Source of the DNA: Lama glama
Taxonomy: Eukaryota
Direction: 5' to 3'
Length of the DNA stretch: 64,000 nucleotides
Assembly (NCBI GenBank): GCA_028534125.1
Contig: CM052818.1
Location: 20,152,001 to 20,216,000, forward strand
The notes beneath the pieces were generated by a model. That model worked only from the letters and a program-made list of their open reading frames with translations, was not told where the DNA came from and ran no database searches. Every line of letters begins with the position of its first letter. Position 1 is the stretch's first letter. Position numbers and translations under genes: made by a program. Below, piece after piece: positions 38,160 to 52,418 of the stretch.

Positions 38160-40380
38160 CCAAGTAGAAATATTAGTCATGAACATACAACATTTAAAAT
38201 AAAGAAAACAATAGGCAGATCAGTAGCAGCATGGTTACAACTGAGAAATGAATTCACAAACTAGAAAATAAAATTGAAAAAAAAATACACCCGAATAGAA
38301 AAAGGAAAGAAATAGAAAATATGCAAAGAAAGTTAGCAGATACGGATTTTAGAAGTGTAAATGCTAATACCTGAATAACAGAAGTTATCACAAAGAGAGA
38401 GAAATACAAAGGGATAGAGAAAACATTTTATAAAATAATATGTAGCCTGAAGTCAAAAGAAAAAAAAAAAAAGAACTGAGAAACCTCAGATTAAAAGGAC
38501 CTAGAGAGTGTCACGCAGGAGAAAAATGGAAAGACTCAAACATATCTAAGCGCAGCAAGATTTGAGACTATTAAGACCAAAATTCTAAAAGCCTAGAAAG
38601 TTGACCAAGGTGCCTAGATATAAAATCAATACTCAAAAGTCAGTTGCATTTCAACATAACAGCCACAGATAACCTGAAAATGCAACTGAAGGGAAGGAAT
38701 CATTTACAATAGCATAAAAGAATATAAAATACCCAGGAATAAATCTAACAAAAGATACTGTGCACTTATTTGTCAAAATAAAGATTCTCACACAATGTTG
38801 GTTAAAAAAAAGACAATGAAGACCAGGAGAATAATAAGAGATTGAGATACTTTAAAAGATTTTAATAATAAGAGATATTTAAAAAGCATAAATAAATGGG
38901 AAGATATTATGTTTATTGACAAGAAAGGTGACTATCATAAAGATATCAATTCTTCCCAAGTTAATCTATAGATTAAATATAATTTCATTGAAAATCCATT
39001 AGGAGATTTTTATGGAACTTGAGAAAATAATCCTGTTTGGAATTTATGTGGAAAACTATAGGGCCAAGAACTGCCAGGCAGGGCACTTTTAAAGAAGATA
39101 GTCAGGGAGGAAATTACCTTACTGGGTATCAGGACTTTCAAGCGACTGTGGTTAAGACAGTGCGGTTCGCCTGTGGTTCAGGGTTAGAGTGACTGACCAG
39201 TGCGACAGAACAGAGAGCTCACAAACAGCCCTGGGCAGCATGGGACCCTGGTGTATCATACATTTAACCAACAGGGAAAGAGGGCTAGTCAGTATATGAC
39301 ACTGGGAAAAAATAGTGTTAAATCGGATCCCTTCTTTACAACTACATGTGGCTTGAAGACTTAAGTCGCAAAAACAAAACTTTACTATGCTTAGTAGAAG
39401 ATATATGTGAGTATTTTTTACACCTTGGGGTAGGGAAGGAGTCTTAAAACGTAGAAAGCATTGGCTAAAATATGAAAGATGAATAAATTTGATTACATTA
39501 AAATTCAGAATTTCTGTTTTTCAGGAGACAACCTACAGAGAGTAAAAAGACAAGTTATACACTGGGGGAAGATATTTGAAATACACACAGATGACAAGGA
39601 TTAGCATCAAGAACATGTTCATATACGAAGCACAACATTGAAAATAAGATGCACCCAGTCAACCCAACGGAAAGGTGGACAAGAGACCTGAATAGGGATT
39701 GTCACAAAAAAGGAAGCACAGATGGCCAATAAACAAAAGAGGAGATGTTCAGCACCACCAGGGATTGGGAAAACGCAAATCAAGACCATAATGAAGCACC
39801 ATTTTGCACTTAACTATTTCTTAAAAGTCGGACAGTGCCACATGTTGGGGTGCATGCACCCTCAGCTGCATGATCGCTTGTACACTGCTGGTGGCCGTAT
39901 ATACTGGGGAAACCATTTTGAAAAAGCAGTATTGCGTTATTTCCTCAAGTTGAAAATGAACATAACCTATGCCCTAGATTTTCACTCACTCACATGTACT
40001 CAGGAAACATGTGCGAGAGTATTCATAGCAGCCCTATTCACAATAGCAACAACTTGGAAACAACCCAAATGTCCGTCTACAGAGAGTGGAAGGTTATGTT
40101 GTGGTACAGTCTCACCTAGGGGTTAAAACAAACTGCAGTGATAGACAACAATATGAACAAAACTCAGCAATGTGATATCAAGTAAAAGAAGTCGCCCCAA
40201 ATCACATGCAGCATGACATCATTTTTATAAAGTTACCAATAGGTGAAAAAAATTGTTAAATAGCATTTTAGGGATTATATAGATACAGCGAGACTCTTAT
40301 AAAGGAGTACAAAGAAATGAAGAATGCAGGATTCAGGACTATTACCTAATGTGTGGGGAAGGAGAGAAAGGTTATTTGTG
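38160..40380 (+). mobile_element. Old, internally deleted L1 (ORF1 remnant, ORF2 and 3' end)
   Basis: aaaatcaatactcaaaagtcagttgcattt, ggaataaatctaacaaaagat, and ORF ...FIAALFTIATTWKQPKCPS (L1 ORF2 C-terminus). Confidence 0.75.
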
Positions 40381-40384
40381 GGAA

Positions 40385-42180
40385 GCAACCATATCCTTAG
40401 ATGTAAATTCACAGAGACAGAAGTAGATCAGTGCTCGCCAGGGACCTGCGGGGAAGGGGAGGGCTGAGGTGTGACTGCTAAAGCACACAGGATTTCTTCG
40501 GGGTGAGGAAATGTTCTGGAATTAGACAGTGGTGATAGCTGCACAAATTTGTGAATATGTAAAATCCACTGAATTGAAGACTTTAAATGGTGACTATTAC
40601 GTGAATCGTATGTCAATTAAAAAAACAGGAAAAAATCTTATAAAATTATAGTATGTATTGATTTAAAGATGGAAAAATCAATGAATAGTATAAAGTCCAG
40701 AAATAAAAAAAAATCCAGAGATATGTGGCCAGTTGATTTTCGATAAAGGTGGAGGTAGGATAGTATCTTCAACATATGGTGCTAGAAAAACTGGATATAC
40801 GTCTACAAAACAAAACTTTGACCCATACCTTGAACCATATACAAAAGTTAACACCAAATGGTTATGTAAAATGTAAAATCTGAAATTATTTTGAAAGTTT
40901 TAGAAGAAAACATAGAAGAATATCTTTATGACCTGGGGTCAGGGAAAGATTGCCTAGATATAATACCAAAAATATGATCCTTTCATTTAAAAATTTTTTT
41001 TCTTTTGGAGGGGTAGGAGGATCAATTGGGCTGTATCAAAATTAAGAGCTTCTCTTTGAAAGACAGTTAATATGAAAAGATAAGCCACAGACTGAGAGAA
41101 GCTATTGGAAATCACATTTCTGAGACAGGACTTTTACCCAGAATATATGTGGAATTCTCAACCCTCTGTAAGAAGTAAACAAACCCAATGAAAAATGGGC
41201 AAGAAATTTCAACACTCTACCAAAGACAATATACAGATGGCAAATAAGTGCATGAAAAGATGTTAGACTTCATTAATCATGAGAGAAATGCAAATTAAAA
41301 CCACAAGGAAATGCCACTACTAATTTCAGTGTACCTAAAATGAAAAAGACTGACCATATCAAGTGTTGGTGATGATGTTGAACTGTCAAACCACTAACTC
41401 TCATAAACTGCTGGTGGGAATGTAAAATAGTACAACCACTTTGCAAAAGAGTTTGGCAGTTTTCTAAAATGTTAAACATACCCTACCATATAACTCAGTC
41501 ATTCCACTGCTAGATACTTGCCCGAGAGATGAAATCAGATGTATACACAAACACTGGTACATGAATGCTCATAGCAGCCTTGTTTGTAATAGCCCCAAAC
41601 TGGAAACAATGCAAATGTCCCTCAACAGGTGGATGGATAAACAAATTATAATGTATCCCTACTTACAATGGAATACTAATTGGCAATAAAAAGAATAAAC
41701 TATTGATACACACAACATAGATGAATTTGAAAATAATTAGGCTGAGTGAAAGAATCCAACAAAAAAGAGTACATACTTTATGGTTCCATTTACGTAGCAC
41801 TCTAGGAAATGTAAACTATTTTACAATAACAGGAAGCAGATCAGCAGTTGCCTTGGGGTGGGGATGAGGTGGGGTGAGAGGTATGGAATAGGTTACAAAG
41901 GGGCATAAGAAAACTTCTGGTCATGATGGTATGCTCATTAGCTTGACTGCAGTGATGGTCCCATGGGTGTAAACATATGTCAAAACTTATTGAATTGTGC
42001 ACTTTAAATATGTACAGTTTATCATATGTCATTTATGCCTCAATATACCTGATAAAGATATTGCCCTGGTTTCATAATTGTTCACAATTAGCAACTGGAT
42101 GATGGGTATATGAGAGTTCATTATATCATTCTCTTTGCTTTTGCAAATGTTTTACATTTTCCTCATTACAAAGAAAAAAT
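40385..42180 (+). mobile_element. Further old L1 ORF2/3' UTR pieces (L1MB/L1MC-like)
   Basis: ttagaagaaaacatagaagaatatctttatgacctgggg, gaaatgcaaattaaaaccacaagg, aactggaaacaatgcaaatgtccctcaacaggtggatggataaacaaat. Confidence 0.75.
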
Positions 42181-42189
42181 GTCCATAAT

Positions 42190-42725
42190 TGTGATGGCTT
42201 TAAAATATTTTCAAAAATTCTTTGATACTCTTCCCTTCCATAGGTGAAGTCTAATTCCCCTCCCCTTAAGTGTGGATTGCACCTAGTGACTGGCTTCTAA
42301 TGAACAGAAACAGTGGAAGTGATGGTGCGTAACATCAGGGACTAGGTCATTCAAGACGCTGCAGCTTCCTCCTTGCTCTCTCCTTCTTGGATCACTCACA
42401 CTACGGGAAGCCACACACCACGTTGTGAGAACACTCAAAGGCACACATGATCAGGGACTCAGGCCTCAGGCTAATAGCCAGTGCAGAACTGAGTCCTCCA
42501 GCCAATAGTCATGGTAGCGAACTTAGAGGAGAATCCTCCTGCCCAATCAAGCCTTCAGATTACAGTGCAGCCTCTGCCAACTTCCTGAGTACTCAGAACT
42601 GGAACCACCCAGCTAAGCCACCCCAGAATTCCTGACCCATAGTAACTGGGAGGTAATAAATGCCTATTATTTTAAGCCACTATGTTTTGGCATTGTTTGT
42701 TACACCACAGTAGACAACTAATACA
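42190..42725 (+). mobile_element. MLT1E/F-like MaLR solo LTR
   Basis: tgtgatggctttaaaat...aaattctttgatactcttccc...caagccttcagattacagtgcagcc...ttttaagccactatgttttgg...tagacaactaataca. Confidence 0.75.
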
Positions 42726-43149
42726 CTAACAAAAAAAATCAGAAGATAAGCAGAAAAATCACCTGTATGAAACATGGTTGGCCATCTTAACCAATCAAAA
42801 GTTCCACTCAAGTGCCGCCTTCTACAGCAGGGGTCTCCTGGCTAATCCAGACCTCGCTGGTGCCCCCTGTACGAGTTCCCACAGCCCCTGCCGCCTGGCC
42901 CACGCAGTTAGTCCACACTGCCCTGCACTGGGCAGAGGCACAATCTTGTCTCCCCAGAGCCAATCTTTGTGTCTCCTGGGATGCCTGACAATTCCCAAGG
43001 CCTTGCTTCCCTTGTGCCACACAACTCTGGGCGGAGCTCATGGAGAGACAGAAGTCAGGACAGTTTTGGATAGATAGAAGTCAGGAATCCAAACAGTACC
43101 GTTCTCCAACTCATTCCAATTAGGGAAAGACTAGACATCCCCCTTGAGA

Positions 43150-43320
43150 ATACTATCTCGCTCCAAAGAATGACGAAACAAAAAGTAAACAACCTTCAGA
43201 AGTAAGAGTTTTCATCACCGTTTTACAGATGAGGTAACGGAGCCGCAGAGAAGTGAAGTAACTACCCCGAGTTTGCACACCTAGAAAATGGCGGTATCAG
43301 TGCTGGACGTCAGGTCTGGG
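43150..43320 (-). mobile_element. MIR SINE
   Basis: ccgttttacagatgaggtaacggagccgcagagaagtgaagtaact. Confidence 0.6.
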
Positions 43321-44216
43321 CGCTGGTGTGCTTCTCTGCACTGTCGGGGAGGCACACCCACCAGCTGTGGAACAGTGTGCACAGTGTTGTCCCTGACCGT
43401 GTTGTTCCTTCCCGCCAAGGCCAACCTGCCCCATCCTCTGAGCCTCTCCCTGCTGAACTGCCAGCCCCATTTCCTCTCATGGCCTCGCCTTCCCAGACCG
43501 ACCCCTCTGCCCCACCCTGCCCTTCCCTCCTGAACATAATTAGAGCACCGCTGGTATCCGGCACTGCTTTCTGAATTTATACCCTTTTCCTTGTGTGAAC
43601 ACACTGGGTGTATGTAGCCCCTCTATTCACGGAGCAGGACATGCATCTCACAGATTCCCCCTCACCCCAGTGTGAAGTCCCTGCCATGTCCTTGGTTATT
43701 TGATGAAGCTGCGGAGAACACGGCCCCACAGCCTCCACCTTTGGCCAGACCCTGTGGCTGCTGTCAGGCACCTCAAAGGCCGCTCCCAGGTCCAGACCAT
43801 CCGTCTGGGCTGCCCTCAGGGGCTCAGCTCCACCTGGTCCCTGCCTCTGTAGGAATGGGATTTCTGAACATACTGGAAGGACCACATAGTTTTGCACCAG
43901 AGCTGCAGAGGCAGGCTGGGAGGCTGTTCTCCTTTCCACTTCCTCCCACCCAGGCCTGCAGAGCCCAGGGCCTTGGGGGCTCCACAGTGGGTATTTGGCT
44001 GTAATTCAGGCTCCTTGGAGAGGGAGGGAGCTGCTGTCTCTGCCCCTGTTCTCAGGCCAGAGGCACAGGCTGCCCAGGGCTACTGCCAAACCAAGAAACT
44101 CTCCTATGAGGGACACTGCTCCTCCAGGTCACACAAAGCCACCACTGTGATCCTGTGGCGCAGGACACAGGCTGGGAGGCAGCTGCAGGCAGGGCGGTCA
44201 CTCAGCCCATCACCTC

Positions 44217-44277
44217 CATGATCACCGTCATCACCACCATCACCACCAGCATTATCACCATCATCATCACCACCATT
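44217..44277. repeat. (CAT/CAC)n trinucleotide simple repeat
   Basis: catgatcaccgtcatcaccaccatcaccaccagcattatcaccatcatcatcaccaccat. Confidence 0.8.
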
Positions 44278-44539
44278 AACAGCTTATTGGCATGAGGTGC
44301 TGGGGAGACAAAGTGATAAAAGGACACAGTCCCTACCCTCAAAAACACATTGGATGATTAGATTTAATCAGGGAGGTGCAATGTTAAAAGAAACTGTGTA
44401 TTTTTAAGACAACGGTTAAGGGCACATGTTCGGATGGCCACCGCACCCACTAGGACACCAGGAGCTCAGAGCAGAGAGAGTAACTGTGGGCGGCAGATGT
44501 CAGCGGCTGACCTGAGGTTATGAGTACAGGAGTCTGAGT

Positions 44540-44760
44540 GGCAGGCAAAGCTGAGTCCACTCCTGATGGTCTCAGTCAGCTTGGGAGGCAGTGTGACCTT
44601 GGGCAAGTTCCTGGACATTTCAGAACCTTGGTCTCCTTGTCTCAAAAACTGAGCTGTGAATAATGCCTACTTCACTACACCCTTGTGAGATGTCAGTGAG
44701 ATCATGTTATGATAAGCATCTAAACACCAAGGTCCACGATGTGTGCAGTGCATGCTCCCA
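44540..44760 (+). mobile_element. MIR SINE
   Basis: gtgtgaccttgggcaagttcctggac...aataatgcctacttc...cttgtgagatg. Confidence 0.55.
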
Positions 44761-47700
44761 CCATGCTGGTGCCCTTGGTCTTGAAGGATGGGAGGGCAGG
44801 CCACAAGAGTAGCTTGAGCAAAGGTGCAAAAGCCCAGGAAGGACTTAGCCAGCAAAGAACAAACAAGTCCATCATGTTCATGGGTAAGCCTTCAGGAGGA
44901 AGTAGGGATCTGGTTAGAGTGTCCCAGAGATTCCCAGGCAGAGGGAGCCTAGGCCCTCCGTGGAACAGCTGTGCCCTGGCCCATGCTGGTGCCAGAGGGG
45001 CCCAGCCCTTCCTTCCAGAGAAGGGAAAAGCAGAAGCAGATTAGGAGGTGGGCTGGGCCCCACATCGATCTGCTCACCACCCTGCTCTGCTGAGGGAAAG
45101 GCTTCAAGAGCATGGGGTCCAGCTGGGGAAGATGAACAATGAGGGCAGCGGGGAAAGCCCTCTCAGAAGAGACATGCAGGGTGGTGAGGAAATGGCCATC
45201 AGTGCTGCTGACGCCCACACATACGTATCCGTCCCCATCCCAGACATGGGTACAGAGAGGTCCAGCAGAGGCAGGGACACACCAACACTGCATGCACAGG
45301 CAGGCCGTAGGAGGTGCACAGACATACCTGGAACTCCAGTGCCACCTCCAACTGTAGGTGGGAGCCTTCCTGGGCAGTTGCCTTAAGATGTGTGTTTTTT
45401 TCAGTGCATTGGGGTGCCTGGCTTAGACAAGGGAGGTGGGTGGGGCTGAAGTCCAGCCCCCAGCCCTCTTCCCAAGCTGTGGACTTTAATGTGGGGGCCT
45501 GTGGCTACCAGGAAAAAAAGGCTTCTTTTTCTTTGTGTAAAAGCATCATTTAGTCACCAAGCCATGCACCTGTGGGATGACATCTACTGAGAGGGGTAGC
45601 TTTTTCTTATTTGACAGATGCCCAATGGGCTAGTGATGGTCCTGCACCTGCCTCGTTCATGGTTGAACCCCCATCACCCAGTGTGATGCCTGGTATGTGG
45701 CAGGTGTTCAATCAATACTTGTTGAATGAATTAAAGATGTGTTAGGAGGGCAGACACAAGTGCATACCAAGGGGTGCACACACACAGACTTGCAAACAGG
45801 GATCCTCACAGAAGCAGGAACAGAGAAGGAGAATTGCAGGCAGAGGGGTGCTGAGTGGGGAAGCAAGGGCAGAAGTTGGCTATTCAGGGAAGGAGGGGAG
45901 GGCAGTCAAGGGGTGGGGATGCTGCGACAGCAGGAGGAAAGGCACAGAGGGGGCTCTGCACCCCAAATCCAGGAGCCACAGGAAAAATCCCTTGCTTGCG
46001 TGTCATGCTGTACAATTTGCTAATGACTTTCCCAGCTCACTCTACATTTGAGAGAATGAGGCCCAGAGGAGAAGGGACAAGCCCAAAGTCACAGTCTCTC
46101 CCAGTAAGAGTAGACAATCGTGCCAGGAAGGCTCCTGTGTGCCAGACCTTGAATACCAGACTGACACTCGCATTGAGGAATAGGGAGCCACGGATGGTTT
46201 TGGAGGCCCATGGACACCACACCCACACTTCACAAAACAATTCTCATGCCTCCGGATGCCTAGAAACTCAGGTACCCCGTTTCTATGTAACAGACACAAT
46301 AAATCCTAGACAGCTTTTTTTAAAAAAAAAAACAGATGCTCCAGGACATGGACATAGAAAGATCCACACGAGCCCACACAGAGGGACACACGTGCAGAGA
46401 CTCCCAGAAAACCGTGCTGTCGAACAGAACCCTTCCTGCCATCATAGAGAGGCCTCTGCCTATACACAGCAGAGTAGACACACTCGTGTGCAAACAAGAG
46501 GCCCACAGCAGACCACATACAGCGTAGCCAGGAGCCTTTTGGTTTGGATGGTTGGGGACATCGGGACAGGCTGACTGTCCTTCTGTCTCAGAGGGGTCCA
46601 CAGGAAACTTACAAGGCGGTCAGCCAGCCAGGCCCTTGGCTACACCACAGTGCACTTCAGACAATCCCTGGGGCTGAACTTCACCTTCTGCTTTGCCAAA
46701 TTCTCTCCCTATCTTGGTATCATCCAAGCCTCTGAGTAGCCCTGGCAGGCAGTAACATTATCTCCGCTGGCAGGGGAGAAGACAAGCCTTGGCCCAACCA
46801 AGGTCAAGTGGTGAACTTGCCGGCCTGTATCCCTGAGCTAAACTCCCAAAGGCAAGGCTTTTCTCCCAAAGGACTCTGCCAGACCCTCTGCTCTCCTATC
46901 TCCCAAACCCCTCCCTTGACAAGACTTGCAGAAATGCCACAAGGATATGGGGTGAAGCCTGTGGTGGGTGGAGGATTCCTAGGAAAAGAAGCCAGACATA
47001 GAACCTCTGTTCTGCGGGAGCTGAGAAGAGTAGAAGAGGAGGACACCCTCTCTGGGCCCCTCTCATCCCTGCTTTCTACTCCTCCACCCCAGAGAAACCC
47101 TAGGACTTACACGCTTAGGACAGGGAGGGGACTGGTGACCAGCTCCCCTCAGGCCTCAGCACTTTGGGGTACGCTGCAGGGCAGAAGACTGATTAGCACC
47201 TTTATGCACATCATGGTTTGTATAAGGCCATTGGTGAACTTGATGTTGTCTGTACTACAGCAGGCAAGACTGAAGTTAGATACGAAGAAGGACTTTCTGT
47301 CTCTGAAGTGGAAATGCAACAGTCTGTGGGTCCAAGGAGAAGAGAAAGGAGTTACGATTCTGAAATAAATTATGACAGATCAACTGGAGTGGGGTAGGGG
47401 GCAAGGCCGGTGGAGTATCATCTAATTCTCTGGCTCTCATAATCTGTCGAAAGGAATGATAACAAGCAGCATTTGCATCGCACATCTTTGCTTTCAAACT
47501 ACTATCAGCCAAGGCTCATTTCTGTCAATTAATGGATTCATCTGGGAGGAAGAATGGTATAATGTCAAAGGTGTAAGCTGCTTACAGGCAAATACTAACT
47601 CCATCATCTTCTCAATGTTTGGCTTGGGGCTAGTCTTTTAACTCCTCTGAGCCTCAGTGTTCCCATCTGTAGAATGGGGATGAAGTCCCCATGGCCGGAC

Positions 47701-49019
47701 TTGAGGGTTAAAGGAAGTTGTTAGCAGGATGCCCAGCCCCCAAGAGAGTTCAGTAAATGTTAGCTATTGGGTCAATTAATCAGTTGACTGATGCCCTGCC
47801 TCTGTCTATAAACTTGCTGCAAAATTGGCTTCAGTACTCCCAGGTGACCATTACCAACCTCAGTGTACAGCTAAAGAAACCGAGACCTGGAAAGAACGAG
47901 TGCCCTACCCCAATCACATCACATACACCCAAGACCCTCACTCAGATCCTCTGGCTCCAAGACCTGTGTTCTTTCCCTGCATTGTTCGTTGATCTTGCTG
48001 TCCTGTCATGCAGCACCTGGGGCAGGTGTGCAGTGAGGACGCCCGGAAGGAGCGGGGAGGAGGCCAGGGCCCCTGAGCTTCAGAACTAGGTGCTGCTGGT
48101 GGTCTCTATACTCACGACACTCTGTGTCGTCTCCTGGTGTTGTCTCCTTGATGCAGATTTAAAAGGTATTAAAACTAAAAGCTGATTGACAGTGATGTAA
48201 ATCAGAAAATGGTTGAAAGGGGACTTTCTAGGGATGTGGGAATGTTGTATAATTTGGATGGTAGTTGCACCCAAATTATCAAAAATGGTCAAACTATCAA
48301 AAACGGTCAAACTGATCTGTGCATTTTATTGCATGTTAACTTATCAAATGAAATCAAGTTTTGATAGGGGGGCTCTTTGAGTTCAGTGAGGGCCTCCCCT
48401 CCTTTGGCATTGCCCCTTAGAGCTGGGCACTGTTCAGGCACCAGAAGAGTATGGAGTGGGAGTCGGAGCGGAGAAGAACGTGCCCCGAGCTGCAGCTGGA
48501 GTGAACTGGCTGTCACTACAACTTCACTGCCCCCCGGCCATTTTCTGGGGCCTCCCCCTCCTGAGAGCCCTCCAGAAACCCTGCTGGGCTGAATCGGCTC
48601 TCTGTCTAGGACCAGGGCATTCATCCACGAATTGAGATGCTGGAGCTGAGTCAGAGGACAGGGGAAGCTTCAAGGACGTGAGGGAGAGCACGCCGGTGCT
48701 GCCCACGCCTCCCATCTCGCCCGGGGCCCCAGCAGCAGTCCAGCCACATCCTGGGCTGCCCTGGCAGGCTCTCCATGCAGAGCCCATGACCACACAGGCT
48801 CCTGGGTGGCCACACCGCCCTGGCCACAGCCTGCCCGCTGGGACAGAGGGCAGGACCCTGGGTCTAGCTGAGAAGGAGCTGGTGCAGGGGAGATGCAGCG
48901 TCGGGAGGGTAGGTGTTGAGCTCTCAGGGTTTTAAAATCTGTTCTTGGTGTTTCAAAACTTTATAAGATGCATCATGGAGAAAAAAAACTGGGGGGTCAT
49001 CTGCTATGCTGGTTTATCC

Positions 49020-50480
49020 AGATCGTTTATTCATTTATTTTTCCAACAAAGTATTTAACTGGAAGCTTATTTAATGCTATGTTCTGTACTAAGCACTTGG
49101 ACTATATAAAAAGAGGGATAACAGAGTCTTCATTTTCATGACGTTAACAACCCAGTTAGGGAGACAGAAAGGTAACAACTCATAATAATAAAAGAAAGAA
49201 GGAAAGTAGGGCTACCAAGATGTAATAAGCAACTAGACACAGGGGCCCAGAATGAGATGCTCGTTGGAGCTGGAGGGGGTTGAGAGAGGACTGAGAGGGG
49301 AAGGGCGGGATGGGTAGCATGGATCAGAGCCAGGAAAGCTGAGTGAACCGGTGAGGGGACCAGCATAAGCAAAGATGGGGAAGGTTGGAAGGGCACTGTG
49401 GGTTCTCAAATAGCTGAACCTCTGGACATGGTGGGTTGGGGTTGGGGTCTGGCTGATGAATGGGGCAGGCCAGGCCTCAGGAGGCCCGCCAGTCCACCCC
49501 AAGATGAGGACACTGGCTCCCTTTGGACCCCTGTCTCCCTGCTCTCAGTTGACTGGATGAAGCTCAGTACCTGCTCCAAGTCCTGTCCATGATGTAGTCT
49601 GACAAGAACTCTCTGCTCAAGGAATATTGAAACTAATTGGGTCAATAGATCCTTTCCTGGGCAGAGGAGGGGGTTGGTATTAGAGCAGAGGTAGAAAAAG
49701 AAAGGTTACTGGTTTGTGGTGAGAGTAAAAGGAAAAAGGTGGAGAGAAAAGACAAAGAGGACATGTCCTTCTGTGAGAAGCAGAACTCAAGAGCTCAGGA
49801 GGCAATGAGGTGGCCCAGGCTCTGAGCCCCTAAACTGTACTCCATCCTCAGGAGCCCTGACTCTACTGTACACCCAGGTCCTCTTCGATGGCTTGTCCTG
49901 GCTTTTGCCAGGTCTAGTCACGAGGTTGGGGTTTGCATTGCCTGATTTCACAGTGCTCCTCACCTGGCCTCCCCACCCCTGTTGCAGGAGGTAATCTGAT
50001 CCTTACAGCAAACACCCCAGTGAAATGAGCATACTGAGGGGCAGGCTGAGAAGATGAAGGTCTAGTTTATGGGCAGCAGGGCACTTGGAATTTATTTCGA
50101 GCTGTTTAGGAAGACCCTCTGGCAGCAGTACAGAGACCTAAAGGGGAACTGGATAGTGGCCGTGGGGTAGAGCCCCACGGATGGACATCAGCGACCTTAT
50201 GGAGGTAAGATAGATCAGACTCGGAAATCGGTAGATGGGGTTTGGGAGTGAAAGTGGAACAGTCAAAGCTTCCTGGGTATGGAAACCATGAGGAGGAATG
50301 GGTTTGGGAGAGATACTGGGTTGAGCTGAAGGACCTTATAAGACATTCACGTGGAGCTCAGGTGGGAGATCTGGGTCAGGACATGGAAAACTGCCAGATA
50401 TGACAACATTTTCCACCACAAAGCATGACCACCTCTCGAGTGGGATGAGCTGAGGGCTTCAGCTGAGTGACACTGTCTGG
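49020..50480 (-). mobile_element. L2 fragments (about 49020-49480 and 50040-50480)
   Basis: ttccaacaaagtatttaac...tgttctgtactaagcacttggactat, and ggaagaccctctggcagcag...gttgagctgaaggacct...agacattcacgtggag. Confidence 0.55.
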
Positions 50481-51849
50481 AATTCTGCCCCTGCTCTTGG
50501 GTCCAGATAAGCATGTTCCAATGGGTAGAGGCACAAAGACATACAAATGTGATTGAGATGACTTAGTAAAAAAGTGGGAAAGAGACTCAAACCAGAACTT
50601 CACAAAACAGGACATCCCAGCTACCAAGAAACATGTGAAAAGGTGCTCACCAGGCCTGCCTCTAACATGTATGGGGCCCAGAGCTTCTAAGTCTAGTGAC
50701 AGCCCAATGAACATAAATCTCAATATTTCAGTTATAAATTGAGTCAACAAACTATTACATAGAATATATTTTATCCTTCTAACTCCACCAATGCACATTC
50801 ACAGTGACCTGGAAGGCCAGGTTCAGACTGAGACCTTTTGGATTCCTGGGAATTCCAAGCCTGAATATGGTGGTTCAGGCAGACGGGGCCCCAGTCCCAG
50901 GCCCCCAGTCCACTCTCCTCTTCTTCCTACTCCCAGTGACTTCTTGCATTGCAGAGGACCTCACACTCATGTGGGGACACTCCAGCCCACATGCCCAAGG
51001 TCCACCCACAGCCAGCAAACTTCTGCCCCGTGACCACCCTTGGGACTAGAGATGCCTGCTATAGTTCACCGTAGGAAAGCAAGCCTGGGGAGGACCGGGC
51101 AGGCTCTGGAGCCTGGTCTGGGGACGTTTGGGCAAGAAATTCAAAAAGCCCTAAGTACCAGCTTCACCCCAACTGGACCACTTAACCTCGAGGAGCCTCA
51201 GTTTGGTCATAATAGTCAATAAAACCTCTACTAGGTTGCTATGAGGTAAGAACATTATGTAACTCTAAATCCTCATTCAAATGTTACGCCAATAAATTTA
51301 ACGGTGTGAGACTGGGCACTAACCTGACAGCTTGGCCTGGGCTGCAGGGTGTCACCAGGCATAGTGACAAGCTGAGAGGGGGCTGGGCTCCAGCTGAACC
51401 CCTCCTGCAGCCCCACTGGGGAAGGAAGGAGGCTGCTAACCAGCACCAGCCACAGCCCCAGGGCCAGGTGGGCAGGAGCCTTGGTGCCCCCGGCCCCACT
51501 CAGGCCTCAGGCTGATGCACGGCCTTGGCTAGGAGGCCTGACTGGGCTTGGAGCTCTGGCACCGGCCCTGAGTTGGGTAACAGGATTCTGGCCCCCGCAG
51601 CGTGTCTGCCAACTGGGCTGGCTTACGCTTGGGCAGGGCTGTGTGTGTGCCAGAAGCGGGGAGACCTATTTTTGCTCCAGCCACAGGCCAATGGGCCGAA
51701 AAAAAGGTTAAATTAAGATGACTGGTTTTTTTCCCCTTGGTGTCTGAAGAGTGCAACGCGCCTACTTTTTAACAGAAGCGATTAAAGAATCTCTTCGGGA
51801 AGAATGAGGAATCCTAAATGTGTGTAGGTCTGCGTGAGGCCGGCAAAGT

Positions 51850-52065
51850 GGGGGACAAGGTGAGGATGGAAATGGAAAGAGAAGCCAGGGGAAGATGGGA
51901 AGGAGGAAAGAGAGAAATGAGAGGAGGTGGGGAAGGAGAGAGGCAGCAGGAGAGAGAGGGAAACAGGGAAGAGGGAAGAAGCGGGTACAGATACACAGAG
52001 AGACACAGAGAGAGAGGGAACAGAGGCAGAGACCGGGAGAGACAGATGGACAGAAAAAGGAAAGA
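51850..52065. repeat. Purine-rich (GA) low-complexity tract
   Basis: aggaggaaagagagaaatgagaggaggtggggaaggagagagg...cacagagagacacagagagagagg. Confidence 0.75.
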
Positions 52066-52418
52066 TTCGATGGGTCTGAGGAGCACATCGCAGGAGGTAC
52101 TGAGGTGATGTGTATATGCACGCGGCCTCACCCTTGTTCAAGCTCTTGTCCTTCCTCTCTGCGACCCCACAGAGGTCCACTCTTAGGGAAGGAGCCCGAG
52201 CAGTCCCTAAGGCAGGAAGTTACTCTTTATCGCCCGCAACCTGTGTCGGGCCAAGGGGATGCATCCTCCTGCAGTATCCCTGTCATTTCCTTGAACAAGG
52301 ATAGGAAGACGGTGAATCTGGAGAAGACCCGGCCAGACAGCGCCCAGCCCACCTCACCTGAGTGGTGAGGACACTCAGACAAGGAGACGTATCTCCTTCC
52401 AAAGAGCATTCCCGAACA

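Noticed and set aside
45855..46574. 239-aa ORF, the longest not spanning the gap
   Set aside because: It crosses MIR-like and CA-rich low-complexity sequence, with no recognisable homology or exon structure.
48525..48545. CTCF-like cactgccccccggccatt
   Set aside because: Matches only the GGCAG half of the CTCF consensus.
51762..52368. Leu/Ser/Phe-rich or Arg/Glu-rich ORFs
   Set aside because: Translations of the GA-rich low-complexity tract.
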